Assembly (NCBI GenBank): GCA_973895155.1
Contig: OZ316899.1
Location: 4,467,241 to 4,531,240 of the forward strand
Direction of reading: 5' to 3'
From: Marsupella aquatica
Taxonomy: Eukaryota > Plantae > Marchantiophyta
DNA: 64,000 nt
Both the position numbers and the translations under genes were made by a program. The notes beneath the pieces are model-generated. The model saw only the letters and a program-made list of their open reading frames with translations, was not told the origin of the DNA and did not search any database. Shown here one piece after another: positions 12,815-24,600 of the stretch. Position 1 is the stretch's first letter, and the number at the start of each line of letters is the position of its first letter.

Positions 12815-15800
12815 TGTGATGCCTAGACAGGAATCACTCGGCCGGTTAAGTGGGTAAAGCAGGAAGGCACCCTAGGAACACCTTAGTATAGTGACAAAAC
12901 AAGGAAAATATAAACAATTAGGGGCAACCATGGAACCCGGGCCGAGGCCGGAGGTAAGGCTAAGGGTGAAAACCCGATTAGGGTTAGGGCGCGTTAAGCG
13001 TCGGCGGCTAGGAAGGATCAACGGGAAGAAGGACCGGCAAAGGAGAGGGGTAAGGAGCGCTTGCAGGAAATAGTGGCTCATTTGCGAGCACGAACTAAGC
13101 AGACGACTACGGGAGGCCAACTACTGTCAGCTGCTTAGGCAAGCACTCGGGGAGAGAGTAGATACCGACGATCAACCTAAGGAGGGTATGAGCAACGTCA
13201 ATCAAGCGGCACATTTCTGGGGATGCCTGTTCGAACGGGCAACTGAGTACATCAAGACTTACGAGGACGAGGAATCAGAAAGGGCAGCTCGAGAACGGCA
13301 GGAGCTCGCTCGATTGTGGGAGCTGCAGAAGACGGCTTTCTTAGGAGGCGAACTCATCAAGGACGAGTTCCTGTGGACGCCTACTTCCAATCAACTCGAC
13401 GATCTTCTGTTTTGCAAAGACAGCGTCGTCGGCATCCGAGAGGCCATCAAGAACTGCAACGACATACACTGGGAATTAAAGGGTAGCACGGAAAGGTGGA
13501 CCCAGGCAACGGTGCTAGGAGAAACCTCCACGGCAGCAGAGATGAAGAGGAAGGGAGCCGTCAACGATGAAGCCACCCCGGCAAAAAGAACGAGGTCGGC
13601 GGCACCAAAGAAGCCAGCCGAGCAGCAGAGCAGGAGGCAGGGAGAAGCCGAAGAGGAGGAGGTCGATCCCATCAAGGCCATTCCAACCAGGGATGACACC
13701 TGGAAGGGCTGGGCGGCAACCCTACCGGTGGAGGTGCAACTACATTTTGCACGAGAGGAGGATGCATGCTTTACGGCCATGCAGACCAAGAAGTACCAAG
13801 GCTTCATGGCCGGATCCGGCTTGGAGGCCTTTGTAAGATTACCATGGCTGAAGCCGGAGGTACCGGAGTCAGACCTATTAGAATTCGTGGGGTCATGGGA
13901 ACCCGAGACCAATTGCACGAGGATATATGGGAAGGATTTCTATCTTACTCCCAAGGTAATTGCCGAAGTGTTTGGCCTGCCGATAGGCAATAAGACCAAA
14001 GTTGATACCAGGAAGACCTTGCCTGACAAGGAGTTCCGGTCGTTCCCCGGGCCATCAACGAAGAATGGCTTCTTCCGGAACACCTGCACCAACCCGCACA
14101 TAGGAGAGATGATCGACTTCTTGCGGGTGACCATGCATTGTAACTTGCCGAGGGCAGAGATCGGCAAGGCACAGGTCTATCTGGCAGAAAGGCCAGACCC
14201 AAGCCGGGACTACAACGGGTACCTCCTCAACCAATTGAAGAAGATCTTAAAGGAGGAGCAGCAGGTAATCGGCATGGGGAGCGTGTCGCGGCTTGGCTAT
14301 CACATGCCGCTGTTGTGCCGGTATGCCAGAGGTCAGACTTTTGCCCCGGTACTTCCCCTGCAGGTAAGGGCACCCGAGGAAGCTCCAACGCCGAGGCCGT
14401 TGGCTGAGAAGCCTCAACCACCTGTTAGTCCTACGATCGAGCAGGTGTTTAGGCCCAGGAAGGAGGACTTGCCAATGCAGCAACCAGGCATGCAGAGTCT
14501 GCTGAAACTACTGGAGAAAGAAAAGAAATCGGCATCGGCAACAACAACGGCAACGGCAACAATGCAGGACACTACTACAGAGGTAGGCCTACACCGGCTC
14601 ACAAGAGAAAACCCCTTTGCTGGAGACAAGGAGAGAATCAGGCCGGAATCCAAGCCAGGTGTTCGAATGTACGTGGGAACCTCAAGCTCCGAATCTGAGG
14701 CAGAATTGCCTGAAGCTCCTACCGACGAAGAGGAGAGGGAGAAGCCGGACGTCCAAGAGGTAGAGGAGGCAGTGGAGGACTGCAGCCATGATAATTCCGG
14801 TTATGGGTCGGACCATCACGTTCCAGGAGTAAGGACCTGTGGCCGGTTTGTCCCCACACTTCCAAGGGTAGTGCGAGGGGACCCCAACCAGCAGAGTAGC
14901 CCTGAGTCTCCCCCACCAGATGTTGCTCCCCCGAGCTTCGACGGCATAAAACAGACGGTGCAGGAATTTCAGGAGCGAATCAAGCAGGAGGAGGAGGCCG
15001 CCCTGGCTAAGGAAAAAGATTTACCAGGAGGAGATTGGCCGGAGGACATCAGGCGGCTAGCCGAAAAAGGAAGCAAACCTCTAGCCACGATTGAAGAGAT
15101 CCGCAGGACGGCTTGGGAGCAGAGGCCACGATGGGCGATGCCAATCACTTCTACTTACTCCACCTACGCTAAGAATAGAGCCATGGAGTATGGTGAGATG
15201 TGTGGGGAACTTGCGCTCGGCATCTTTGGAGAGGAGTTGGAGGTAGGACCCTTTTTCCATAGGGAGCAGTTGGAGAAGCACCAATTAGAAGAAGCGGTGG
15301 CTTTAGAGAGAAGCAAGAAGGACGAGGTCATTCGGCGGCTTAGGAGGATGGAAGCCGAGATTGAAGATCTAAGGGCGGCCAAGAAAGCCCAAGATGAACT
15401 GCGGATTAAACGACATGAGCTGAACATCATGCAGGGGCAGTTGGACACCGCGCAGGCTGATAATCAGAATATCAAGGATAAACTGACTCAGACGCAGGAA
15501 GAGTTGGCCGACACGATCAAAGAGAGGGAGAAGTGGAAGCAAGAGCTGAAGAATACAGAGGAGGCCCACATAACAGCCAACAGCCGGGCCATGGCGGAGA
15601 CCCAAAGAAAGGAATGGGCGTTGAAAGGGGAGCTCGAGAAAATCCGCGGAGCCCTTGAGCAGAAGGAGGCCGAGTTAGGGAAATCCTATCAAGGGATTAT
15701 GGCGCTGCAGCAGGAGCTTGCGTCCCTGACGGCCAGCTTCAAGGCCGACCTAAGGGAGAAGGACGAGATGCTCGAACAGACTTACGCCAAGATGAACCAG

Positions 15801-17474
15801 ATGGAGTCTGTCATCATTGCAGAGCTCGACAAGGAGCTAAGAGCAACCCGGGAGGAGAGGGCTACCTTGAAGAAGGAATTGGAGGAAGCCCACAGGGAGC
15901 AGGAGGAGGCCAAAAACGAGCTGGAGGGGGCACGTAAGGACCTGGATGAAACCCAAGAGGAGTTGGAGGAAATCACGAGGAAGATGGAAAACCTACAGCG
16001 GCGGGCCGACAACCAAACAGAGCGGCTGAAGAAACAAGCCGCAGTATTTAAATGCTTAGCTGCAGCAGGTCCATCTCCCGTTGGGATAAACCAGTTACCA
16101 GGGGTGGTAATTGCCGAAGGACAAGCCGCGCCACCTGCACCAGTGCCGGAAGTAAGTGGGAAGGGGAAGGGACCAGCTGCCGAGCCACCAACGAAGAAGA
16201 AGCGGAAACCTTCAGGGTCAAGGAGTAATACGATTTCACAGGCCGTGGTGATCAAGGAGGTAGACCCAGCACCGACCCCAGACAGGGTCACGGCTAAGGA
16301 TCCAACTACCCTAGGGGAAGGGGAGGCCAAAGCCGAGGGAGTGGCTGAAGCCGAAGCCGTGAGAGTGGCTGAGGCCGAAGCCGTGGGTATTGCCGAGGCC
16401 GATGTCGAGGCTGAAGCCGAAGGTGGACCCAGTCAGGCCGAGGGAGAGTTGACTCGGTCAAGGGCAGGTAATCTGTCAGTAGGCGGGCCAACGGCAGTGG
16501 CTGCGGAGGAAGTGTTGGGGGCGTCCATTGAGGATCCACCACCGGTGTCGTGACGGTGCAAGGGCGCCGTTCCTTTTAGGGAGGGCGGACGTGGAGGGAG
16601 GAGGCGTGAGTGGGCAGGGCGGGCGCGGATCTCCACGTTTAGGATTAGGATTAGAACCAGGAGCGGCCCTGACACTTAGCTTAGTGGGATTGCGGTTCCA
16701 CTGGTAGGAGCAACACTTGTGCTCCTGCCTTGCTGTACATAGGTAGATTCGGGCAAGTAGATTACTGTCAGGTAGATTAGGCTTACGATGCAAAGAATGG
16801 CGGATCCACTGCCAGGATAAGTACCTGGGCAGCGGGGAGCTCAGGGCCTCTTCTTTAGCAAGTTTTTAGTTTGCACCAGCCGGGCTGGGATCAAGTAGTA
16901 CGAGAAGCTCTCGGTTAGTCATACAGTGACCCTTGTGTATATTCATGTTTCCTCATGCCTAAGAGCTGAATAGAGTTGGCCTCACGGCTTAGTTCGCAGA
17001 ACTTGTGTATGAGATGTACTGTTTGTATGGCAAGTGCATGGTATGACTCAGTCAGAATGAGTCATTTTGCTATTTGTGTGTCGCATTAACTTGTGTGAAG
17101 AGTGCCCACATCAACAGAAGGAAGGAAAGTAAGCAGGGGAGTGAGAGTTGGATGTGTCGAGCTGAGAGAGGTCTTAGCGGCTTAACCAAGCCTATTGGGG
17201 ATCATTCCGGCGGCGGAATCCAAACATACCTAACAAGACGGAGGGGAAGACAGGGGAAGACAGGGGAAGGCCTATATTAGGCCGGCTACGTATCTCATGA
17301 CCCGATGAAGGATTTGTCCAGTATATGTGTGTAAAATGTTAATAGTAGTAGTAGAAGGTTAGCAGCGTCCCATGCCGCTAAGCCGCGGAAACGGCCTCGC
17401 GAAGCACGAAACCTGCGGGAATCGGCTTGAGCTGGGGGGTTTCTTGGGTTTAGGGAGCCATGGGACGCACCACA
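12815..17474. mobile_element. Family A TG..CA unit, 4660 bp, solo-LTR-like, carrying one long ORF
   Basis: Starts TGTGATGCCTAG and ends GGGACGCACCACA. Perfect TSD GTAAA at 12810-12814 and 17475-17479. The host RNase H reads through once the unit is removed. No terminal direct repeats and no gag/pol motifs. Confidence 0.9.
13188..16553 (+). CDS. 1121-aa retrotransposon accessory-type protein: putative plant-transposon (Transposase_32/PMD-like) domain, acidic/Pro linker, long coiled coil, AEAEA-repeat tail
   Basis: Uninterrupted ORF. LLEFVGSWEPETNCTRIYGKDFYLTPKVIAEVFGLP resembles the accessory ORFs of non-chromovirus Gypsy elements. E/K/Q/L-rich heptad region at ~15270-16030. Confidence 0.75.
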   Translation: MSNVNQAAHFWGCLFERATEYIKTYEDEESERAARERQELARLWELQKTAFLGGELIKDEFLWTPTSNQLDDLLFCKDSVVGIREAIKNCNDIHWELKGSTERWTQATVLGETSTAAEMKRKGAVNDEATPAKRTRSAAPKKPAEQQSRRQGEAEEEEVDPIKAIPTRDDTWKGWAATLPVEVQLHFAREEDACFTAMQTKKYQGFMAGSGLEAFVRLPWLKPEVPESDLLEFVGSWEPETNCTRIYGKDFYLTPKVIAEVFGLPIGNKTKVDTRKTLPDKEFRSFPGPSTKNGFFRNTCTNPHIGEMIDFLRVTMHCNLPRAEIGKAQVYLAERPDPSRDYNGYLLNQLKKILKEEQQVIGMGSVSRLGYHMPLLCRYARGQTFAPVLPLQVRAPEEAPTPRPLAEKPQPPVSPTIEQVFRPRKEDLPMQQPGMQSLLKLLEKEKKSASATTTATATMQDTTTEVGLHRLTRENPFAGDKERIRPESKPGVRMYVGTSSSESEAELPEAPTDEEEREKPDVQEVEEAVEDCSHDNSGYGSDHHVPGVRTCGRFVPTLPRVVRGDPNQQSSPESPPPDVAPPSFDGIKQTVQEFQERIKQEEEAALAKEKDLPGGDWPEDIRRLAEKGSKPLATIEEIRRTAWEQRPRWAMPITSTYSTYAKNRAMEYGEMCGELALGIFGEELEVGPFFHREQLEKHQLEEAVALERSKKDEVIRRLRRMEAEIEDLRAAKKAQDELRIKRHELNIMQGQLDTAQADNQNIKDKLTQTQEELADTIKEREKWKQELKNTEEAHITANSRAMAETQRKEWALKGELEKIRGALEQKEAELGKSYQGIMALQQELASLTASFKADLREKDEMLEQTYAKMNQMESVIIAELDKELRATREERATLKKELEEAHREQEEAKNELEGARKDLDETQEELEEITRKMENLQRRADNQTERLKKQAAVFKCLAAAGPSPVGINQLPGVVIAEGQAAPPAPVPEVSGKGKGPAAEPPTKKKRKPSGSRSNTISQAVVIKEVDPAPTPDRVTAKDPTTLGEGEAKAEGVAEAEAVRVAEAEAVGIAEADVEAEAEGGPSQAEGELTRSRAGNLSVGGPTAVAAEEVLGASIEDPPPVS

Positions 17475-18078
17475 GTAAACCTAAACTCAACTCCCTTACT
17501 GTCATCTACAAAGATAACAGACCATGCTTAGAACAAATTTCCGCAGGATTCATCAAAGGTGATAAGACAAAACACATTTCCCCCAAAATTTTCTTTACAC
17601 GGGAACAACATGGCAATACAATTAACGTTCAGTGGATCCCGAGTTCGAAGAACGCTACAGACCTCTTCACAAAATCTCTACCTCCAATATTACATAAGGC
17701 ACTAATCCGATTACTTGGAATGCGTAGCCTTTTTGAACTGTCACAGGATAAGCAAATCACATAAAGACCTTCCAAGACTCAGGGGAGCGTGCACTTACCT
17801 CCAACTCCTAGACAAACGACACTGCTCCCCGAAGATCCAACTGCGGCACTACACTCAAGACGACCAGCACAGCTACAACAACCCGCATCACCAATTGACA
17901 ATCCAGTTCACCGCACCACCGATGAATCCACCAGAAGACCAACACAGACTTCAAGAATCACCGATATGGTGATTAAATCAACTTCATAGAAGCAGACAAC
18001 ACCACGCACGAAGACGATCGATGCAACACCTCCATGACAACCAAAACCACTACAACATAGCATCAACCTGATCGACCG

Positions 18079-19883
18079 TGTGACGCCGATGACATGGTCC
18101 TTATTCTATAATCTGAGTAAGTAGGTTGCTGTATGCAAGGAGTAGCTATTGATATTGCATAACAATTAGCAAGCTGGCAAGAATAAGGGCAATCATGGCG
18201 TTAAGAGTAGGGATAAAGGTATTTCAGCTTGAAGATTGCACAACCAAGGTAGACACAGTTGAGGTAGTCACTATCAAGGCCACAAAGGAGAAACTGGGGA
18301 AGAGAGGATTCAGCTCTTCAAGCATACCATCTTCTTGACAAGCAAGATGGAGCATGGAGGCTCTTCAAAACGCCGGTACGGAGGTAGGCGTGGTAATTCA
18401 AGGAAGCGAGTCTCCATAGCTGAATATGAAGTTGTGGGGTATGGTGGTTGTGCTCAGGATGAAATCTAAATGTCTTGGGTGTGTAGCTTCATTTTGTTAG
18501 TTAGGTTAGTGGTTCATAGTCTAGTCTTAGAATGTTAGGGAAATAAAAGGCTATGTCGCGGGTGGTCGACGACCATATCTCATTCAATACGTCACCAAAT
18601 CCGGATCTGTAAAGAGCATTGGAAATATCTGGTCAAGGCGAGTAAAATCGATATAAAACACTCGAGAAATGAAGGTGTATTAAGGAAGATACGGCTTGAT
18701 TAGTGTGACGGGTTAACTTGTGGCCGAAATTAGCGGATTCGACTTTGGTTTTGGGTTAACCTAAACTCGGTCACGGCTTAGCTTATGTGAGCACGACTTC
18801 AGCTTAGCTCATGTAAGCACGGCTTCAACTTAGCTCATGTAAGCACGACTTCAGCTTAGCTCAGGTCAGCACAGCTTCAGCTTAGGCTTAACCCAAGTTC
18901 GGATTAGATTGATCCCGGGTTAGACTGAACTCGGGTTAACCTAAACTCGGGCTTGGGTTAGCATAGGTAAGTTCGGGTTTGGGCTCAGCTTAGCCTAGGT
19001 TAACGGGTAGCGGCCTAACCCGAGACCACGGGTTAGCTCTACTCGGATTAGGTAGGATAGCTAGGTTAGCCAAACTCGGGTTAGCATAGCAGTGAGTACC
19101 CCCTCTCAGTTGCGGGGGCATAACTTTCTCTGTATTTGCCCAAATTGGCTATAATTGACCTCGTTGGAAAGAGGAGCTAAAGCCGCTTCCGTTGCTATCC
19201 ACGTAGCAAATGGTTGAATAGAGAAATCGGGAGAGGAGGCGCAAGCTCGCGAAAAGCATGGAGGAGGGCCAAATCCAAAGTACATAGCCAATTCGAGATC
19301 ATCTTTGAATCTAATTGAGTTTTCCTCTCAGGCCTCATTTCTCTCATGGATGTGTGTGTGTGTGTGAGGCAATCTTAGTGTATGATGGGACTAGCAGCGC
19401 CACTGAGAGGTGTACCGGGTGCATTGAAGTGGGTTGGGTGAGGGCTGTCACAACTCTGATTGCTGAGAGTGGAATGGCAGAGTGGTGGGGCAATGGCTTA
19501 GAAGTCCCTAAGCCAGGAATCAGTCAGGAGTCACTGGTTTATGGGTACATTCCGGCGGCAGAATAGAAATATACCTATGACAATAAGCATACGTATAGAC
19601 ATATGCGCACCGTAGCGCTAGGCCCTATGTGTACGGGCCCAATGTGAAGACCCCTTCTCACTAGAACTATCATGAGCATAGGATCTGATTCCCAACCTTG
19701 GTTCCTAGGGATTGAGCTTGGGTGATGTGTGACAGAGTCTTGCTATGATAGTCTGGTGTTAAGGGCATAAACTGGTGTTTACCGGCCTTCACAACATCCC
19801 TTCGTGATCCTCAGGTACAAGGAGATGGTTTTGGCACCCATAGTGACGTTTTTGGTGTTAAGACCCATGTCAATTGCGTGACA
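18079..19883. mobile_element. Family B solo LTR, copy 1 (1805 bp; ~0.94-kb internal deletion)
   Basis: TGTGACGCC...CAATTGCGTGACA. TSD GACCG/GCCCG (1 mismatch). Inverted homolog at 52064-54821 and same-orientation homolog at 62937+. Confidence 0.88.
18772..19085. repeat. 26-bp tandem repeat (GCACGGCTTCAGCTTAGCTCA(T/G)GTAA) followed by a GGGTTA/AACCCGAG-rich tract
   Basis: Units at 18791, 18817, 18843 and a partial unit at 18869. The same block occurs at ~53815-54130 (inverted) and ~63290-63590. Confidence 0.85.
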
Positions 19884-20451
19884 GCCCGCAACGACAACTC
19901 TACAAACTACAACTCACCTTACACTACCAAACAATTTCCAATAACCTTTAGGTTAAGACAATTTTATACATTTACACTTACTTAGACAAACCCGACTCAA
20001 CTAAGGGACGGGCGGTAACACTCTTTCCTCCCACAAGAAAGGAGGGGAGGTTTTAATGAGGTTACACCCCACCTTTTTTTACCATATTATACCCCTACCA
20101 TACAATAAACTAGAAGACCACTCAATTTCCCAATAGATAGTCAAGGTAGACTTTAAATGTCTACATCTTTTCTATAACAAAGATGTATCCAAGGGGGAGT
20201 GTTGCAACCCCTAGAACAAGTCTACCTAAGGTTAGGACTAAACCCCTAACCCATGACGGTTATACAACCAACCACCTAGACAACCAACTATGTATATGAA
20301 CAAATTGGATGAGTAAAACAGTTGGTGTTATTATGATGTTTAACAAAACTAAATAATTCAAAACCTCATCCTAGAAATTCCCAAACCCCTTCTCTAAATT
20401 TCCAAAAAGCACTTTTCAATATTCCATTCTTGGGAGAATTTTCCAGAATTA

Positions 20452-21629
20452 GTGAAATGTCTGATCAAGACCCGGGACTACATCATCGAGTTGTACATCA
20501 ATGACAAAGGCTTTTGGTCTACAACAGAGGCAATTTGGGTGGTACCAGCGGAGTGTTTCAAGTTGAAGGGTGGCCAAAAGTTGATGCAGGCAAAGTTTGA
20601 TAAGATCCCAGGCTACATTGAGCAACAACTTGCAACTGAGTGGAGGGAGGAAGAAATCAACTGCCAACAGGAGGCAGCACGGAATCTCACCTTCCTTGGG
20701 GAAATCTCTAATGCATTCAACTAGGATATGGATATTCCGCCGGAGCCTATCACCAACCAACCTGCCATCCAGACCAAACTGATTTTGCTTAGTCAGGCCT
20801 AGGTAGGCGCTGTGGACAATATAGATTGTTCCTCGGGATCAGCAAAGGTAGTCCGCACCTGCAGCAAACATAAAAGAGTGACGCAAGGACCTACAACGCC
20901 TGCACAAACTACCCCTGTCAACTTCCGCCTCGACCAACCACCCGGCCAATACTCAATCCAGGAAGGGACCCGCCCCTTTGCCGAAAACCTTGCTACAAAT
21001 AATTTGTGTTCCCAAGGTGGTCTGGCATGCATCCCATGCAGACTATCTCAAGGAGCATCAAGTGGATAAATTTTCTCATTTAAACTAGAGGCCAACCGCC
21101 TTCGGAGCAACGGAAATGTGGAGTTCATTGAGAACTTTGACGTTGAGGCATTGACTACTAAAGTGTTGGGACAAACCTTGTCCCTCATGGAGGACCGGTT
21201 AGCCCAGATCTTTTGTCTGCCAACAAGTCCTGCGTTGATAGAACTAAGGACTAAGTCCATGGCCGACGCCCGCTCGCCCCCAGTAGTAGTATGCCAAACG
21301 CCCCAACCGCTGCAGCTTGGGTAAACCCCTCCCCCACTCCGTCATGACCTACTCCCCCACCTACTCCATTTGGGACTATTGTGAACAATGGGCCCCCGCC
21401 ACCCTCCCATATTGTGGTGCCCTCATTGCCAACCCAACCATCCCCAATTCCACCACCCCCTGTAGATCCCATTCCCTCTCCTTTGCGGACTTTAGAGGAC
21501 GCAGTAGCCCCGCCCATGGAAGGACCCTTGCTAGAGACAATGGATGAGTACCAAGTAGTCCCCAAAACCTTAGCCCATGATTTGATCCAAAAGTTTAGTA
21601 AGGACCTTTTGGTGGAGCTAGCGTCTTGA
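20452..21629 (+). pseudogene. Relic accessory-type ORF of an older host element
   Basis: ORFs at 20452, 20812 and 21118 share one frame, broken by stops. VEFIENFDVEALTTKVLGQTLSLMEDRLAQIFCLP resembles the family A domain. Pro-rich tail. Confidence 0.45.
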
Positions 21630-24600
21630 ACCAACAGGATGGACACAGGGTTGTTAGATAATTTTTTGAGCTTATTAAGAATTATAGTTATTATTTAGGG
21701 ACATAGATCTCATGCGCCAACAAACTCACTTCCTTCTATATCTTTGGGAGTATGAGGGCTCCCTATATAGTACATAGCGTGGTGGTTATGTAACCACCTC
21801 TTGTGTCTATTCACTAGGGTAAGTCTAGTCTACCAGGGTTAGGTTTATCACTTGTAACACTCCCCCTTGGTTGGGTGTTAAGTGTTTTACAGTCAACCAC
21901 AGGATAGGGAAGCTAACCCTATGGCGTTAATTCTATGATCTGGCCCAATGTAGTATGGTCTCATTAAAACCATGCTTCCATCATGGAAAGAGTGCCACTA
22001 CTATAACAAAAGTTTGGGTCCAGTTATTAAAGGTAAATCCTTATAGTATCTAAAAGGGTGCATGAAAAAAATGCTAAGGTGTAATATGTATGTAGATGTC
22101 CGTGAATATGTCTAAGTACTCATGGTATGTGTTTATGCTTAAAGAGCTGTCTACACGCCTACCCTAATCCTCCGGGCCACGGGTCAAACGCCTCCAGTCG
22201 TTGGTCTGTTGCTTTGGTGGGCTGCTAACATCGGTTGAATCTTTGTTTGTTCGGTGGTCGATGCGGCCGAGTCGGGAGGTCGTCGTTTGTGTGTTGGGAG
22301 TGAGCATATGCATGTCGTCGGTTCTGCGTGATTCTCCATAGTTCAGGGTGGCGGGTCGGGGTAGCATATGATGTTGGAGCTCCCATCGTGTCAACTGATC
22401 GGCAGCAATGGGCGTGCAGTGTGGGTAAGCTCCTTAGGAGCGCTCGTCATTCTTTTCCTTGTAAAAGTAATGCCATACTTTGCAGTCCTATTCCATAAGC
22501 ATGTTCGCGGTGTAGGGATGGTGGGAGTGGTTTAGTGAACAAGTCCGCGCAATTGTCTTTACTTGGAATCCATTGTACTTGGACCTGTTCGCCATGCTGT
22601 TTGTGAGTGAAAAAGAATTTGGGTGCTATGTGTTTGATTCTATCCCCTTTGATGAATCCCTGAACGATCTGCTCCACACAGGGTCGGTTGTCATTGTATA
22701 TAGTTGTTGGTTTCTTTAGTTGAGCTCTGCCTGTGTGCAGGTGTATGTGATTTATCAGGTTTCTCAGCCAGATACATTCCCTGGTGGCTTTGTAAAGTGC
22801 TATTATCTTGGCATGATTTGAGGAGGTCACTGTAGTGACTGTTTGCTGCTTTTCCAAGAGATCGTCGTGCCACCTTGTAAGAAGACGTATCCCGTTTGGG
22901 ATTTTCATCGTCTGGGTCTGAGAGGTAGCTCACGTCTGCATAGCCGGTCAGTATGTTTTTTGAGTTCTTGGGGAAGAATAGCCCCATGTCCGTTGTGCCA
23001 TGCAGGTATTGGAATACCCTTTTTACTCAGTTCCAATGTCGGATCGTGGGGTTGGAGCTATGGCGAGCAAGGAGGTTGACGGCAAAAGCGATGTCAGGGT
23101 GCGACTGGGTTTCCAGGTACATCAGGGCCACGATGGCTGAGAGGTATGGCTTCTCGGGGCCAAGAATCTCCTCGGTCTCTGCTCATTTTTTAAAGGTGTC
23201 CCTTGTGGGGTCTGAGGATCTCAAGTCCATTGGAGTGCTGATCGGGTGGGCGGATGCCATGTTGAATTTCCGCAGTGCCTTCTCAGTATATGTTGATTGG
23301 TTGATGAGGATTCCCTGATGTAGGTAGTTAAATTGTAAGCCCAGACAATAGTTGGGCTTTTCCGATGTCCCTTGTCTCGAATGTCTTCTTTAGGATTTCG
23401 ATCATCTTGTGCATTATCATTGTTGTGCCAAAGATGTTAATGTCATCTACATAAATTGCAATGATAACAAATTCCTCTGCCTCCTATTTGAGAAACAAAC
23501 AAGGGGCAATATCGTTAGTATTGAAGTTCAATGCAAGCATTTTGGCTTTGAACCGTTTGTACCAGGTTCGTCCACTCTGTTTTAATCCGTACTTTGAACG
23601 AAGGACTTGGACTGCAAGTTCTCTTTTAACTTGTTTTGTCTGTGTAGCAGGCATGTTTGGTGGGAGAAATGTTCGTTTCCTTAGGTCGGATGTGGGAAGC
23701 ACATCCAGTGGCGTTGGTTCTGCAGGTCCAAGCTCGCTCGTCATTTTATCCAAATCGCTTGTAGGGCCAGTTTGGGGTAGACCCGGTTGTAGACGCGGTC
23801 TACGGTACCAATTTTCTCCCCCTCAATGTGGAACCTTATTCTTTTGATCAGTTCCGGGGGTGCCTTCATGTATATTGTGGTATCTAGGATACCATACAGA
23901 TAGGCTATGATCACATCTAGTGTGTGCATGACGAGCTTATGCAAGAGTGTAAACGCAATGAGGTACCGGTATGTTATGGAATCCATCATCGAGGAGTATG
24001 TTTGGTCGAAGCCCCGGCCGGGGATTTGGGTGTAGCCCTTCGCTACCAAACGAGCTTTGTATCTGATTACCTCTCCTTTTGCATTTCGTTTCCTCACAAA
24101 AGTGAACTTATAGCCTGTAAGGTGAGTCCCTGTAGGTGCAGGGATTACGGGTCCGAAAACTTTTTGTTTTATAAGGGAGTCTAATTCAGAGTTTATTGCT
24201 AGCTCCCATTGGTGCCAGTCTGGTTGAGATTGAGCCTCTGCTACTATGATGGGGTCAGGGGTGTCATTAGTTATCTCCTCAAAGATATGGAATGCAAAGT
24301 GATCATCGATTTGTGTTTTATCTCGCTGCATCATGTGTCCGGTGTGTATGTAGCTGATTGTTATTTCCTCATTTGATGTATCCCCTGGAAGGGGTGATCC
24401 TTGTGTAGGTATGGCCGTGGTTGTTGGTGATGCGCTGCGTGGTGCTCGCGGGTACGTATCCTTAGAGCCCAGGGGTCGGCCCTGTTTTGCCTTTGGTGCA
24501 GTTGCAGTTGCCTGTGCGGCTGTCCGAGAGATTCTTGCGGGTATGTTCGCTGCCTCCGTGTGTGACTGTGTGACCGCAGCTGCATCGTTGAAAGAGTCTG

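Larger units (their letters stand above)
8549..17764 (+). pseudogene. gag-pol: gag-pol of Bianca element 1 (frameshifts and stops; RNase H split by the family A insertion at 12815-17474)
   Basis: Gag LSWTLDVEAHL...LPAARHD; PR YILDNGTSHSIL; INT WHRRLGHPG, IHADVCGP, RVDNAGEF; RT YKARLVAKGFTQ, YGLKQSG, YVDDL; RH YADAGY...QETTG|KPKLNSLTVIYKDN...DLFTKSL. Confidence 0.92.
8079..20345 (+). mobile_element. Ty1/copia LTR retrotransposon, Bianca-type (element 1), carrying two nested insertions
   Basis: 146-bp LTRs 8079-8224 and 20200-20345 (TG..CA, 2 mismatches). TSD AAACT. PBS CGTTATCAGCACG 8225-8237. PPT CAAGGGGGAG 20190-20199. Domain order gag-PR-INT-RT-RH. Confidence 0.95.

Noticed and set aside
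12958-12970. TTAGGGTTAGGG as a telomere remnant
   Set aside because: Only two units, at the same position in both family A copies (also ~5621); part of the element.
13391-16793. Many antisense and alternate-frame ORFs over family A, pol genes and the Gly-rich repeat
   Set aside because: Expected shadows of long GC-rich coding frames; no independent motifs.
18772-18886. CRISPR-like appearance of the 26-bp and 17-bp repeats
   Set aside because: The units are contiguous with no unique spacers, there are no cas genes, and the context is eukaryotic TE.
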